Below, in pieces: positions 1 through 13,523 of a DNA stretch of 64,000 bases. The position numbers were made by a program, and so were the translations under genes. Each line of letters starts with the position of its first letter. Positions within the stretch are counted from its first letter, which is position 1. Where the stretch lies: NCBI GenBank assembly GCA_028534125.1, contig CM052817.1, positions 25,732,001 to 25,796,000 of the forward strand, read 5' to 3'. The notes beneath the pieces are model-generated. The model had not been told where the DNA came from, searched no databases, and saw only the letters and a program-made list of their open reading frames with translations. The stretch comes from Lama glama (Eukaryota).

Positions 1-19
1 GAGTGAGGGGTTTGTTGAG

Positions 20-407
20 TTTATCAAGTAGGGTAAATAATGATGGGGATTAAAAGACCCTCACTTCTTAGTGGTTTAAAACAACAAAGGTTTGTTTCTA
101 AGTCACATTACATGACACATAGCGTCAGCAGGAGAGCTCTGTTCCAGTAGTCATTTAGAGCCCCAGATTGTCGGTCTCCATCTCAACACCTGCTTCCATG
201 TGTGTTAGGGCAGGGGAGAGGGTGTGATAAATTGCGCATTGGCTCTTAAAGGCTTCTACGTGAAAGTAACTTCCACTGCCACTTCATTGGCCAAACAAGT
301 CGTATGACTGCAACCCAATTTCAAGAAGTTGGGGACATGAAATTCTACCTTGAGCCCAGAAGGCGGAAAGTGGAAATAGTCTGTGGACAATCTTAAAGAC
401 TACGACG
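20..407. mobile_element. MaLR solo LTR (MLT1K/L-like)
   Basis: Hallmark motifs agtggtttaaaacaacaaagg and cattggccaaacaagtc. Recalled consensus. Confidence 0.6.
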
Positions 408-2063
408 AAGCAGACTTCATAGTCCCGTATGTTAACACAAAATTCTGAATAAATCAAATCCAGATTATGTTTTTCAGTATTCTATTTAGAGAATAGAAAA
501 CAGCATTTCTTTGTGTATATTTAATCATAGAATTATGCTAATGATAATTATAAAGAACATCTTTTGTTAATTGGAACTGAAATGCTTTTGAAAACTTCCA
601 ATTAGATGAACCGTTTGGCCAAGTGGATTTCATTATTCTTTAATTATACGTCCATTCAGTAAATATTTGTTAAATATGGTGTGTATGCAGCACTACGTTA
701 GATCCCATGAGGATAAAAAAGATGAATGGAAAATTTACACCCCAACAGAAAATAGCTATAATTGAGTTCTCACTCTTTCGCTTTCTCTTTAAAACAACAT
801 TAACAGCGTCTTTCAATATGACAAAATCTGATTATGTACACATACACCGTTACACTTTGCCTCTGGCCATCTTGTTTGGTCTTAGAGATTATTTGGTGAC
901 AACTTTAGAGAATTACTTAAACTAATTTAAGCAAAAAGAGTATTTTGTTAGAAAAAGGATATAGCTTTATGTCAAACAATCCAAGGGCAGGAAGTGCAGC
1001 TGAGTCTCAGAGGCACCTGGCATCAGTAACAGAAAACCAGGAGGGGGGCTGCTTTCCCTCTCCAGGTCTATATGATTTTTGTCAGTGTCTCTCTCTGCAC
1101 GTATACTTCATTCCTCTTTTTCTCTGTTGATTCGTTTTCTCTATTTTGCTGTTAAATGGGTGTGTTTAACCTAAGAGTTCACACGCTAGAAGCCTTTAGC
1201 CATTCCAGAAGAACTAATTTTTTTCAAAGTGCCACATCTTGATTAGTTCGTAAGTTAACCACTATCAGAATTTGGAAATAATAGAGTTGGCCTAAAGTAT
1301 AACAAGTTAGGGTAATTGACAACTTTGTAATAGGGAAGGAGGCAGTTCTAATAGCCTAAGATGAAAGAAACCTGTGATGCTGGTGAAAGTTCTATTGCAT
1401 AATTAACATCAGCTTGCAAATCTAGTGGGACAGGCTGATTAGAATAATCAGGATAAGAAGGTAGAACTGGAGCTGACTTGCAGCAACAATATCCCCTCCC
1501 TGAACACTGACAAATGCCATCCCCATTGTAATCCTTTCATCCATCCCTTTTCGCTCTCCCAAGGTACAGATTACTGAATTGTCTAACTCTTATTAAGACG
1601 CCTACTTTTGATGCTGATACATACAGGGCTCCCTGGTTTTTCCCCCTGGCCAGTAATGCAGGAAGATGGAAGTACTTAATCTACTGCCTTTCTCTGCTCT
1701 TTTCTTCCCTCCAAATTGATCTGGACTCTACTCAGACACTTCACCCTTTAACATTCTATTGCCGTATTTCTCCACCAATGTAACCTATTTTTATTCTCAA
1801 TAAATTTCCATTCTTTTTCTGTAAACTTTGTACTTAGCTTCTCTAGCGAAGTTCCCTTGGCATTCTTTACCTATGCAATATTGCCTTTCTTCTTGGTTGA
1901 AAACCATCCATAGCTTCACCTCAGCAGATGGCTGAACGGATGGACTGTGGCGAGGTAGTAATGTTTCCTGGAAGAGGGGATCCCCAGAAAAAAAGAGTAA
2001 CAACACAGGAAGTTGAGTGAAAGCTGTGAATGACTTCCGGTGGGGTTGGTCAGGAATATATGT

Positions 2064-2159
2064 TAGGCTAAAAAAAGGAGACAAAAAAAAGAAGGGACTT
2101 GGGTTCAGTTTGTAGGCTAAAAAAGGAGACAAAAAAAAAAGAAGGGACTTGGGTTCAGT
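2064..2159. repeat. ~49-bp tandem duplication (2 copies)
   Basis: taggct(A)nggagac(A)ngaagggacttgggttcagt at 2064-2109 and 2113-2159. Confidence 0.95.
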
Positions 2160-4559
2160 CTTAGAAAGACATTCTTACAGTCTTGTTGCTGTGCAAATGA
2201 ATGGGTCTTCCTGGATTCAGATTCAGAACTACCGTAAGTGTCTTTACTCAGAGGGATATCAGAGAGAAACCACAGGCTGCCAGCAAGGCCGCAGCACATG
2301 TGCCTCATTAGTGGTTGTGATCCTCACAGCAGGCCATGTAAGCAGGTCATGTCGCCACCTGGGAGACAGTGTGCCACGTGAAGGCTCAGGTGTGAGCACA
2401 CAAAGCTCACATCAGGTAGTGACAGAGCTGATTTGACTTAAAAAAAAACCTCATGTCCCACAGAAGACAGTATCTCTTATGTGACTTCATAGGCTTAGCT
2501 TCTCGGCTCCCCGCAAGGGATAAGCCAATTACAAGAGCCATCACACTTAGTAAAGTCAAAGCTATGGCTTCCTATGAGGTATTCACAATTCATTTACTGT
2601 TCCTCTGAGTCCAGATGCAAATTTACTCATCAGGGGGATCATTTTTACTGTAAGCAATGTTGCCTGGTAACGTAGTTGACATACCTGTTTCCATCAGGTT
2701 GCCAGGGGAATAGAGGTAAGAGAGTTAACTGAAGGTTATTGGCAAAAGGGAAAAAGATTTGACCCACACTTGTCCACAGTGTCTTCCATTGTCCTTTTCA
2801 TGTGGGAAGTATTCAGCAATATTCATTTGGTTTACTTTGATGTATTGTGTTTCAACTATTTTTATGACAGGAAAAGTGTGAAACAGAGGAATTGAGAGTG
2901 GGGAGGTAAGGCTGGGAAGTTCAGCTAGGACTACTAGATTGTTAAAAAGCACTGAATTCTTTACTAAAGATCTTGGCTTTTATTTATCTTGTAGATGTTC
3001 GGGGGGGAAAAAAAAAGCTTTGAGGAAGAATGATGTGGTCAAGAATGACACTTTGGAAGGTCACTTTGGCTGTAGTGTGGAGAGTAGATTAGAGGAGATT
3101 CAGATTTGAGGCTGGTTGGTTCATTTCTACTAAATATTTACCTTCTTTTGAGGAGATATTTCTTGGTAAGCAGAAAGAAGGAATACTCAGTTCTGTGTTT
3201 TGCAGGAGTTTAGAACTGCTGGACAGATTCTGCTTGATCCATTAGACGGGCCTGAACCAGATCGTCTTTCTAAATTTATTTGCCACTCCCCTACCCACAA
3301 CTTGGAGACTGGGTGTTTGGGAGGATTACTCTGAACTGCCTCCTGAGAACATTGGATTAACACTAAGAAATAATCCTAACCTCCACTGGTCTTCCCTGAT
3401 CACCATTTGACTCACTAGTATGCCGTATTTTGCTTTTTGCCAGAGTTAAATTATAGAACAGTCTTTTGGTGGCTTTTTCTCTTCTTTCTTTCTTTCTTTT
3501 TTTTTTTTAAGGTCGGTTGTACAGCAAGCCAGGGAGTTTCTTTAATGGTTAACTGGTTTAACATTTGCAGTGATTAACCATTTCTAATTACAAGAAGTTG
3601 TGAAACATAGTGCTTCACATTTTTCTCCTCTTACTGCTTATGGCGCCCTTTTTACCCTTTCCTTACCCAGATTACACTGTTCCATCTAATATAAAATACA
3701 GTTTATAAAATCTGATTGGTCCTACTGCAGAACCAAGTTGATCTGTCGTGGTCGGCTCATTGTGTTCAAAGAACTCAGGCAATTTTGCTTGATTCTATTT
3801 GTGTCTATAGAGTACTGATTGATTACCTTTTCCCAGCATCATAAAGCTGCAGAGAAGACAGAAACACTTACTGGATTTGGTTCAGGTCAGTAAAAGATAA
3901 AATTATGGCTATCCAGATTATTACTTTTTATGGCACAGAAGACAGCTAGGCGCACATGCCAAACATAAAGTATGCAGCAGGAATTGAGCAGTGGTTTGCC
4001 ATCATATTTATGGTATTACAGTTTTCATCCTTGGGCCACAGCAAATATATACTTAAATTCACAAAATCTGAGGAGTAGGTGGCAAGGAAATCTTTCTTTT
4101 TTACCTGTCGTCAAGTCAAAGGTCTATTTTAAAAAGTAAATACTTTGTTATAATCTTGCTATGGTTTCCATAATACCCATTGTGATAACTTTTATAGATG
4201 AGTTTGGGGATAAAAAGGCCATATAATATTAATTTAGCTGGTTTTTAAAATTTTACTTGCCCTACCAGTCACTAGTACCAGCTGAGGGATGAAAAGGCAC
4301 TTTTGATGTTAATGTAGGTTAACACTTCATCCTGTAAGAAATAATGACAGAAATTGGGAGGGAGCCAAGTGGGGTGAAATAAAAGTCACATGGGCACTAA
4401 ACTGCAATTATGATGAACTTAACAATATTTTATTATATTGGGAGTGATGTGTTAAGTACCCTTTTTTTCTTGTGTAGTGCCTATTTGATTTTAGTTTGGT
4501 CATCTTATTGGTGAAGCATTTAAGTCTGCTCTCCCGCTTTCTTCTGGACCTTGATAACC

Positions 4560-5060
4560 TAGATAACAAATCAACTGTGCTCTTAATCTGCCTCCCAAGT
4601 TGGACGATGTGGGAAATACTTCCTCAACCTTCTCACAAGGTAGTTGTGAGTTGTGAATGAGACTACTTTAAAAACAAGAAGCAATGTGGTGTACTTGAAT
4701 GTGTATGGTCTTTAGAGTCAGTCCTGAATTCAAATTGAACCCTGCTGCTCACCAGAGACATGCAACCTCACTTCACATCAGTGTCCTCATGTGTGAGGGG
4801 AAAGGGGAATGAACCCTGTTTGCCCGAGTGTCTGTAACAACTAAATGCCCCACTCAATATAAAGTATTATGCTTGTTATTGTCCACATTGACACACTCAG
4901 GAAATAGTAGCTGCTATTACAAATCTAGATTCTTACTCACTTGCATATGCTACTTACTTAATCCCATTTAACTGAAGGGAAAACCAGAGATTGAGGAGGA
5001 GGTGAAGCGTTTTGTCCAAATTGTACATCTGGCTGGGAAGTGGCTCAGTTATTGACTCAT
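4560..5060. mobile_element. cluster of MIR SINE fragments
   Basis: MIR core-like motifs: ctttagagtcagtcctgaattcaaat, cagtgtcctcatgtgt, ccccatttaactgaagggaaaacc. Confidence 0.6.
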
Positions 5061-5122
5061 GTTCTTGGGACATCATCTCAATTAGTAGGCTGCCACTAAC
5101 CAGTGATAATGTGGGAGAATGA

Positions 5123-6093
5123 CAGCAGAAGCACCCCGACCAGCTACCTCTGAACTGACCCATGGCTTTAACCTAATGCACTCTATTCCCTCTATAAATT
5201 ATACTTACCCATCCCAAGAGCTAACTGATCACTGGTGGCTGGGTAGGCGGTTCCACAGCAGACCCGCGCGACTCTGTGCCTACCTCTTGAGTTGGGTACT
5301 TACCAAAAGTTGGTTGTGTTTGTTCACAGACCTGTTTTTAACAGTTATTCTTGTTATAGTAACTATAAAATCTTTGTAGACATGTAAATTAATGAGCGTA
5401 TAAGGAAAAGAGAATTCATTCTTGGAAAATTAAGTTGACTGCTTTGGAACATCATCTCAACATAAGTGAATTGTTAACAAATTTGCTGTCAAATTTGATG
5501 AAGGCTGGATAACTGTAAAAGACGGGGGGGGGATCATCAAAAGTATAAAGCAGAGCCTGTCAAAGTGCCCAAGTTCATGGTCCAGCTAACTGGTCTTTAG
5601 ACTGTTAGTGGTTCTCAAGGAAATAAGGAGCCCACACCAGAATGTAAATTAACTACATCACTAAGCACTCTGTTTGGTTCAGCTAACAGGTTTTTTGTGG
5701 TAAGACTTTCCCCTTGAAGGAAGCAGTGCATTAATTTACATTCTGGCACAGGCTTTTTGTCGCGTGGTGGATAGACCACTAGTCTAATGGATTCTGTATT
5801 CATATTCTTTCAGAAGTGCTTTTAAGTTTTCTCTCCATTTATAGAAATCATAAGTGGAAATCATAGATGATGGGTCATTGTGGGCATAGCTTATGCAAGA
5901 AAGAGGGCACAAACATAGCAAGAGGCCCACATCAAATATATGGCATTAACCCTATATGAAAAGACTTGTGAATGAATGTACATTTATGTTGAAATAAAAT
6001 CCTTAAGGATATGTAAATATAATTTTTATGATTACTGACTTTTTCATTTAATGGAGTAACTATAGGTTTCATCCAGCAAGAGGGCTTTTATTA
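5123..6093 (+). mobile_element. ancient Tigger (Tigger13a-like) DNA transposon, interrupted by a hAT MITE
   Basis: Decayed pogo/Tigger transposase-like sequence (ggaaatcatagatgatg...atgcaagaaaga, gaatgaatgtacattt, aagagggctttta end) on both sides of 5551-5785. Recalled consensus. Confidence 0.6.
5551..5785 (-). mobile_element. hAT-Charlie MITE (MER5C1-like)
   Basis: Perfect 16-bp internal inverted repeat ccagaatgtaaattaa (5637-5652 / 5731-5746). Minus-strand peptide PECKLMHCFLQGESL resembles the hAT transposase HCxxH region. Confidence 0.65.
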
Positions 6094-9000
6094 TCCTCAG
6101 AGTTCCAGCTTAACTGGAAATATGTCTTTGACTTCTGCAGCTGTCTTAGCATCCTCTGCACACCGTTGTGTTTTTTGATCATGTTGTATTGCAGTTTTTA
6201 AATTGAATGTCAGTTCTCGTATTGTAAGTGCTTGAAATGCCATAGTAGCCCTTTCTGTAGCCTTCATGGAGTTTCCACTCTAGGAGAGAAGGCAAGCATT
6301 AAATAATTTCAATGAAATTATTGAGCTATCAGAGCAAGTAGTTTGGGTTGCTGTGTGATCGTACAACAAGGAGACATAGTTTAAAGGTTAAAATTCGTCC
6401 CATTTTCACCTTGATCTTATGTAAGTATGCAAAGGGTATCCAAAGAAATAAAATCCTTGTATTAGATGGCTTTTTCCATGAAATCACACTTCAATTTTCA
6501 ATGTGTAGCAGAGTTTTCAATCTACCATATAACTTACAAAGCTAAATCTCTCACCTTGTTACAGCTGAATTCAAATTGCTTATTTTTAGTTTTCATTTAC
6601 TGATAAAATCAGAAATATATCCCAAATATTTTTCACACAGTGAAAGATTTGACATTGTGCTAGAAATCTAATTTTGGATTTCAGAGTGTATTCTAAGCTT
6701 TTTTTCATTACAAAATAAATTTTGATGTCATGTGTTTGTAAAACATAGTTAAAAGAATGCAAAGATAACCAGTGTTAATGGCCCAGGAGTCATTTCTCCA
6801 CACTTCAAATTTTTGATTTCTGAAATATATTGATTTTTAACTGTAAGCTAAATATGGCTCTAGATCCCATTTTCCTAGCTATTTGGTTGGTAGATACATA
6901 ATTAAAGCTAAATTTGTCTGAAGCTACACTCAGCCCTCCTGAAACTATCCTTCTTACTTTCTTATTTATGTTACTATTACCACTCTTCTTCCAGTTGCCC
7001 AGGTTTAAAAATACTGTCATCTGTTTGTCATCCTGTCCATTTGCCACAGATATTTTATCAGATCTGTCTCTGCAATATCTTTAACATCCATCCGCCTTTC
7101 AGGTCTCATTGCTTCCAAACAAGGTTACTGTCCTCTCACTTCAAAGAATTTTCTAACTGGTATTCCTACCCATGGCATCTTGCCTCACAAATCCATTCTT
7201 TACTTGCCAAATTAATTTTTTTGAGGCATTCCTCTAAAATCTCAACTCAAGAACTTCATTCTCTCCCAAATAAAGGACATACTCCCTGATAATTCATCAA
7301 GGGTTTCATTCAAAACTTTCTCCTCCTGCATTTTTAGATCTTTCAAATCACAGTCTGTGTCATTCATTTATTTCATTTACTCTTTGGTTTAAATTCAATA
7401 AATGAATGCCATGCACTCTACAAGTTGTTAGGGATAGAGTGGCCCTTGACCTGATGAATTTTCCTGTCTGTTTTTTCATCTGTGAGTTCTTTCTGCGTAC
7501 AGTACAATTTGTTGAGTTTACATAAATAACAGGATTTTTTTTTTTACATTTCTAATGCTTGCTCTTTATGATGTTGAAGAAGAGGTAAAGAATATCTGAT
7601 ATATTTCTGGAATTAAAGTTAAAATTAAATCTCAAAACTTCTCTGATATTTTTCTGCTATCATACATTTTTAAATGTTACTGAAATTATAGCAGTCTTCA
7701 AAATTTTTTTAAATAAGCCAAATTTTGAAAAAAGACCTAATATGACAGAGTTTTAAAAGTATCCTGGAATTACCAAACTTTAAAGGGTTCTTTGAAATTA
7801 TGTGTTGTCATTTTTTTTTAATAGTTGAGGGAAAACTTGGGGAGGTGAAGTGCTGCTGAGTTAGTACAGTAATATTAATTCTGGGTGTGTTTTATGTGAT
7901 ATATATAACACATTTAAAACTATAGAGATAGATCCATTAAAATTGATTACTCATAAAACAAATACTGTTGTCTTAAAATCTCTATGTGAAGAGAGGTTTG
8001 TATAACGATTACCCACATAAACCAGTTGGCAGAATGGCTGCAACTCGAACTGTTGAGAGAAGCCATAGCTTTAAAAGCCACACTGTTGAAGTGAGCCCAT
8101 CTGCAGTCTATCTTAATGACATTTCAGTGTTACTGTTGTAACACTGAATAGTGTCATCTTTTAAATTCACAAACTAACATTTGAGCAGTTTTGAAGCAGA
8201 AATTGCATGTGAATTCCTTAATTACATTTTGAAAAATGTATTCATAATCGACACTTAATCTATTTTAAATAAGGTGTGAGCTTTTGTATCTCAAGTTTAA
8301 GTGAAGCAAAGTTACTTTGAAAAGGTACAGAATATAATTTGATAATCAGTTTGAAGAAAGTTTTGTGTCAGTATGAAAAGACATTTGCTGTTTAGCCAAC
8401 AGATTTCAAAGTGATAAAAATTTTATGCCTTAAGAATGAAATAGAAAAAAGAAATTCTTAAAGTAACATATTGTGATTTTTCTCTTAGGTTGAAAAATAC
8501 TGAAAAGGTTTTTGTTGCCAGAGGTAAATGTTTTCTAATATTCTTTTTAACATTTGGTTCTTTATTTTATAATTTAAAAAATGTACAGTATAAGTATATA
8601 CCTTTTATTATTGCTCTTACAGTTGTTGGATTCACTCTTTCATTAGAGAAATATTTATTGAGCACCTGTCTTTCAGGTACTGTTTTAAGTGCTAAGGGCT
8701 AAAACAATGAACCAAGTCAGTCTCTACTACAGCTAACTTTGTAGTGAGGATAAAGATAACAAATAAGGGAGAGAACAGCTAATATATCAGGTGGTAATAA
8801 GTACTACAAAAAAACCCAGGAGGCTCAAGGGGATAGAAAATGATGAGGGGGTCTAGTTAATATAGAGTAGCCCATGCAGGCCACTTTGGTAATTTAACAA
8901 TGTAATAACTTTTAATATGTGTTGATCTTTCATAAATAATTACCCTAGGAAGTACTACTCATCAGAGCTGGAAGAATATTTGAGTGAAACAATATTAAAT

Positions 9001-9929
9001 CACATGGTAGAACTTGATGGGACAGAAAAAGTGTTATTTAAATAAATGCTGAATTCCATGCCATGAAAGCATTAATGTTTAAATTTACTACATATTTTTC
9101 ATAAAGTATTTGACCCAAGAATTCAATTAAGGTAGAAAATAGTTCTGTGAACCCGTTTCTAACTTGGGGGCTATAAGAAGCTACTTTACCAAAAAGATAA
9201 TTTTTAATGTATTTTGTTAGAATGAAGATTTTTCCTGCAAGGTACCCATGCTTAGACAGGCTTAAGCTTAGGCAAAAATTACTAAATTAGAGATCTAGCT
9301 GTAAGGGATTTTGAGCAAATTTTGTCTTTGAGGAGTATTTTCTAGCTTTGCTTGCCTAAATTCTCCCCATTTGTCAGCATTTCTCATAATCAATTTGACA
9401 TTTACAATTTTTTTAGTAATATTGATCTTTTTTTAAACTTTAATTTTATTTAAATATTCTATTTTAATTGTTATTTTTGTCCTCTGAGTTCTGATTTGTT
9501 TTTTTTTCTTTGATTATATTTACTAGAAGATAAGAGAATATACTGGCAAAATTTTTAAGAGCTAGATCTTTATTAATTCTGTCATTTTTCTTCTTAGTTT
9601 CTCCTCTAATTTTTATTATTTCATAACTCCTTTTAGAGGACTGATTTGGCATTCAACTTGGGTAGACTGCTTAGTGTGTGTCTTATTTTCCTTTTTAAAT
9701 AATGAATGCATTTAGAAAGTTATATATCTTACAAAGGAAATATTCCCCTTACTATAACGATTTAAGCCATCCTCTGTGTTTAGGTGCCATTCCTTTTCTT
9801 TTATCAAAGTCTTCAGTTTTGTTTTGTTTTGTTTTTGTTTTGTTTTTGCTTCATGCTTCTGCCTACAATCATCAATCTCACCTTCCTGCTGGAGCATTCT
9901 CATCATTCTGAGATGTTCCATATCTTTTA

Positions 9930-10430
9930 AAATCAAATAAACAAATGAGCAAAACAGATGCATTGCCTTGATTCCTCAACTCTTCCGGCTACAGGCTCAT
10001 TCCACAGCCTCACTATTCGGCAGAACTTTCCTAAGGAGTTGTCTATACGTGCTCTCTCTTACTTCTTATCTTCCATTAACTCTTCAACCCACCATAGTCT
10101 GGCTTTTGTCCCTGTCCCTTAACTGAAACTGTTGCTGTCTGACTTGGCAAAATTTTTACATTGCCTACTCCAGTGGACATTTTCCACTGGACCTCTTATT
10201 TGACACAATGATCATCCCTTTTGCTTTGAAACACCTTTATCCTTTGACTTGCCTTAAACCATGCCCTGCTGATTTTCCTCTGCTTCATTAGTTGTCCCTT
10301 CTCAGTCTCCTTTGGTGTGTTTATCTTTTAGAGTTCCTTGGAGCTTGGATCTGAGCTCCAGGAACATTTGCCCAACTATCTGACGTCTCCACATAGATGT
10401 CTCAGAGTTACCTCTAACTTAACAAGAAAT
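9930..10430. mobile_element. L2 LINE fragment
   Basis: L2-like pyrimidine-rich motifs (actgaaactgttgct, tttgacacaatgatcatccc, cccttctcagtctcctttg). Confidence 0.6.
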
Positions 10431-10434
10431 GAAC

Positions 10435-12560
10435 ACTAATTTTAAAATGTCATAGCTAATGAAGGAGTGTGATAAAATGACTAAATACAATATAAATGTA
10501 CTCAAACTTTTGTTACAATGGCAATAACTGTCATGTGAAAATGAAACCAGAAAGATATTATTGCATTTACAACAGTGAAAAAAAAAAGAAAAGAAAAGAA
10601 CATGACAAAAATATTTAATAAGAAATGCACAGGACCTATATTTAAAAGATTTAAAAATCTTATTGATAAGCATGAGATCTGAACAAACTATAAAACATAT
10701 ATTCTTGGATTATATTTACTAGAAAAATTTTAATGTCATAAAATGCCAGTCATCTCAAAATTAACATACAAATTTGATGCAGTTCTGATTAGAATCTCAA
10801 TAGGGTTGGGGCTTTTTGCAGATGAGAGGATTGGGTCATATTATTTTAAAGTATATACACAGAAGAGTAGATAATTAAAATTAGGTTTAAAATTATTTTA
10901 AAAGAATATACGTGGAAATAAGAACTTGCTTTAACAAATATTAAACATATTGTAAATGTACTGTAATTAAAACATTGCAATATTGGCATAAAATAGACAA
11001 ATAATGGAACATAATTAGCATTCTGAAATTGATCTCTGTATATGGGAAGCTAATTCGTAACAAAAATAATACCTCAACTTAGTGGGAAAGGGTGGCTTAT
11101 ATTAAAATGATGTTGATAATAGCCTGAGGGCTCATATTAGAAATATAAAGAGCTCCTACAAATCAAGAAGATAAAGACAGACAAGGTAATAGAAAAAAAA
11201 AAAAGAGAGCAAGGGAATTTAAAAAAGGACCTTTCACAAAGAGACGAGCCAAATGACCAATTCACATGAAAAGTTACTCAACCACATTAATAATCAGAGA
11301 AATGTAAAGTAAAACCAAATGGGTACCACTACACCACCATCATCATGACTAAAATTAAAGTCTGACAATACAAGTGTTGGCTGCATATGGAGTAACTGGA
11401 CTTCCCATATGCTGCTTGTAAGAGTGTAAATCAGTAACAAGAATCAAAGTTGAATGCATATGTACAAAAATGTTTATAGAATTACTTGCAAAAGTCTAAA
11501 ATCAGAAACAACTCAAATGTCAGCAATGAATGGATTTGGATGGTCATATATTTATACAGTGGAATAAAAACCAGCTATCAGCTGCTACACACAACAGCAC
11601 AGATTAATTTCAAAACAATGGTAAGTAAAGAATATATGAGATTCAAAACAGATAAAATTAATTTATGCTAAGGATGGTGGTTACCTTTGAAGGTGCTTGC
11701 GGAAGACTTTTGAATGCTGGTAATATTTCTTTTCTTAACCTGAATAGGGTTGATATTGTGATAATTTATTGGGCTCTCTACTTACGATTTGTAGATTTTT
11801 CTATTGCATGTCAAACTTTAATTTTAAAATGTTTTTAACGGTTGCTGTCCATCTGGGAAATAGATTAGAAAAAGTATTTGTAAAACAAGACAGATAAAGA
11901 GTTAATATACAAAGAGCTTCTAGTTGATGATAAGGAAAAATCAAACAGCCCAAGAGAAAAATAGGCAAAAAGTATAAGTAGCTAGTTCAGAGAACTACAA
12001 ATCAAAATGGTCTATAAACCTATGAAAATATGCTTAAGCCCAGTAGTCATCAGGAGTTTAAAGAATTACAATATTCATTGTTGACTGGTGGGTCTATGAA
12101 AATAAGTGAGGATGCCCTCACTTCACTTTTGAAAACATGAATCTCAGGCAAGTGAGTTATCTACTCATTCCTTCAGCCCAGCAGTTCCACTCCTGGGAAT
12201 AAATTCTATAGACAGAAAAGTCTCACAAGGATGTTTATTTAACAGAAACAAAAACCTGAAGTCAGTTCACATGTCCGTTAGCAAGGAGATAGTTTAATAA
12301 ATTGTATTTTATAATTATGAAATATTATGCAACTATTTAAAAAATCACTATTAGTTTATATTTCCTATATAATTTTGGTGAGAAAAGCAAAATGCCAAAA
12401 ATATGTATACAATCTGATCTCTTTTATAAAACAATAGCAAAATCCCCTGTATATGTGTATAGAAGTTTGGATATGGCTTTTATTAAACAAGGACAAAGGT
12501 GTGAAAGGCTGCACACCAGGCTGTCAACACGATCGCCAGGAAGAATGACTGGAGGAAAAC
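10435..12560 (+). mobile_element. old L1 (L1ME-like) ORF2 and 3' end fragments
   Basis: A-rich strand with L1 motifs (aatcagagaaatgtaaagtaaaacca, ctgacaatacaagtgttgg, ccagcagttccactcctgggaat). Confidence 0.7.
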
Positions 12561-13333
12561 TGACAAAATAAATGTCTCAGTGGAAAAGAAAACATGCAGA
12601 ATGAGTCCACTGATGCAAAAGATTGGGGTGCTGGGGTTTTTTTGTATTGTATGTATATTATGTATGTATGCATGTAATTAAACCCATGATTATGACAGCA
12701 GGGGCTAAATATTGGACTTGGCCTTTGCCAACCCAAATCCTAGTATCCCTTTTAAAATCAGAAAGCCTATTTCAGTGACTAATCTCCTACCTGTATCGCT
12801 AGCCTACTCAGAACAGCTACTGTATTAAAAAGGTATTTATTTAATGTATATCTCAATATCTTGGTGAAAAGGGTCTGTGGCCCCTCTTGAGAGTAGATGC
12901 ATGGTTTAACATTTTAACATCCATATCTCCTTAAGTCTTTGGATTCCTTCTCCATATCAAATTGAGAAATATCTGGCATATCAGTGGCCTTTAATGAAGT
13001 CCATTCTTGTGTTCAGACTTCATCTGATCCACCAAACAGCAAAACAATTAAAATTAGCTATTGGAGCTAGCACGTTGTAAGTGGACTTCTCTGGTAAGTG
13101 TTCTCGTATTGGCAGAATGAATCCAATTTAAAATTAATTTATATAAAATTATATTTATTAAAATGTATTCTTTATAATGTTCACTTATTCTTTTCTCTGC
13201 CAGAGTATAGCCTTCTTAAAAGAAAGATTTGTTTCTTATTCATCTTTCTACCTCTTGTGGTACCTTGTACATATAAATGCTTGGTAAATACTTAGTCGAA
13301 TGAAGAGTGATGGTAAGATCATTATGAACTACT

Positions 13334-13523
13334 GCAGTGGCATTTCTTCATTGTGGGTCTATACTGTGCACTGCAAGATGTTTACCATCTCTGGCCCCTG
13401 CCCATACAATGCCCATAGCCCTCTCTGGTCATTCCAGCAACTAAACATCTATCCCCCCTACTTCCAAGAAGGTTTTCTGGGATGCAAGACCAGAGGGTTG
13501 GTGCTACCCTTGTTGAGAACCAC
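13334..13523. mobile_element. hAT-Charlie MITE (MER20-like)
   Basis: ctgtgcactgcaagatgtttaccatctctggcc and terminal gttgagaaccac. Confidence 0.6.
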
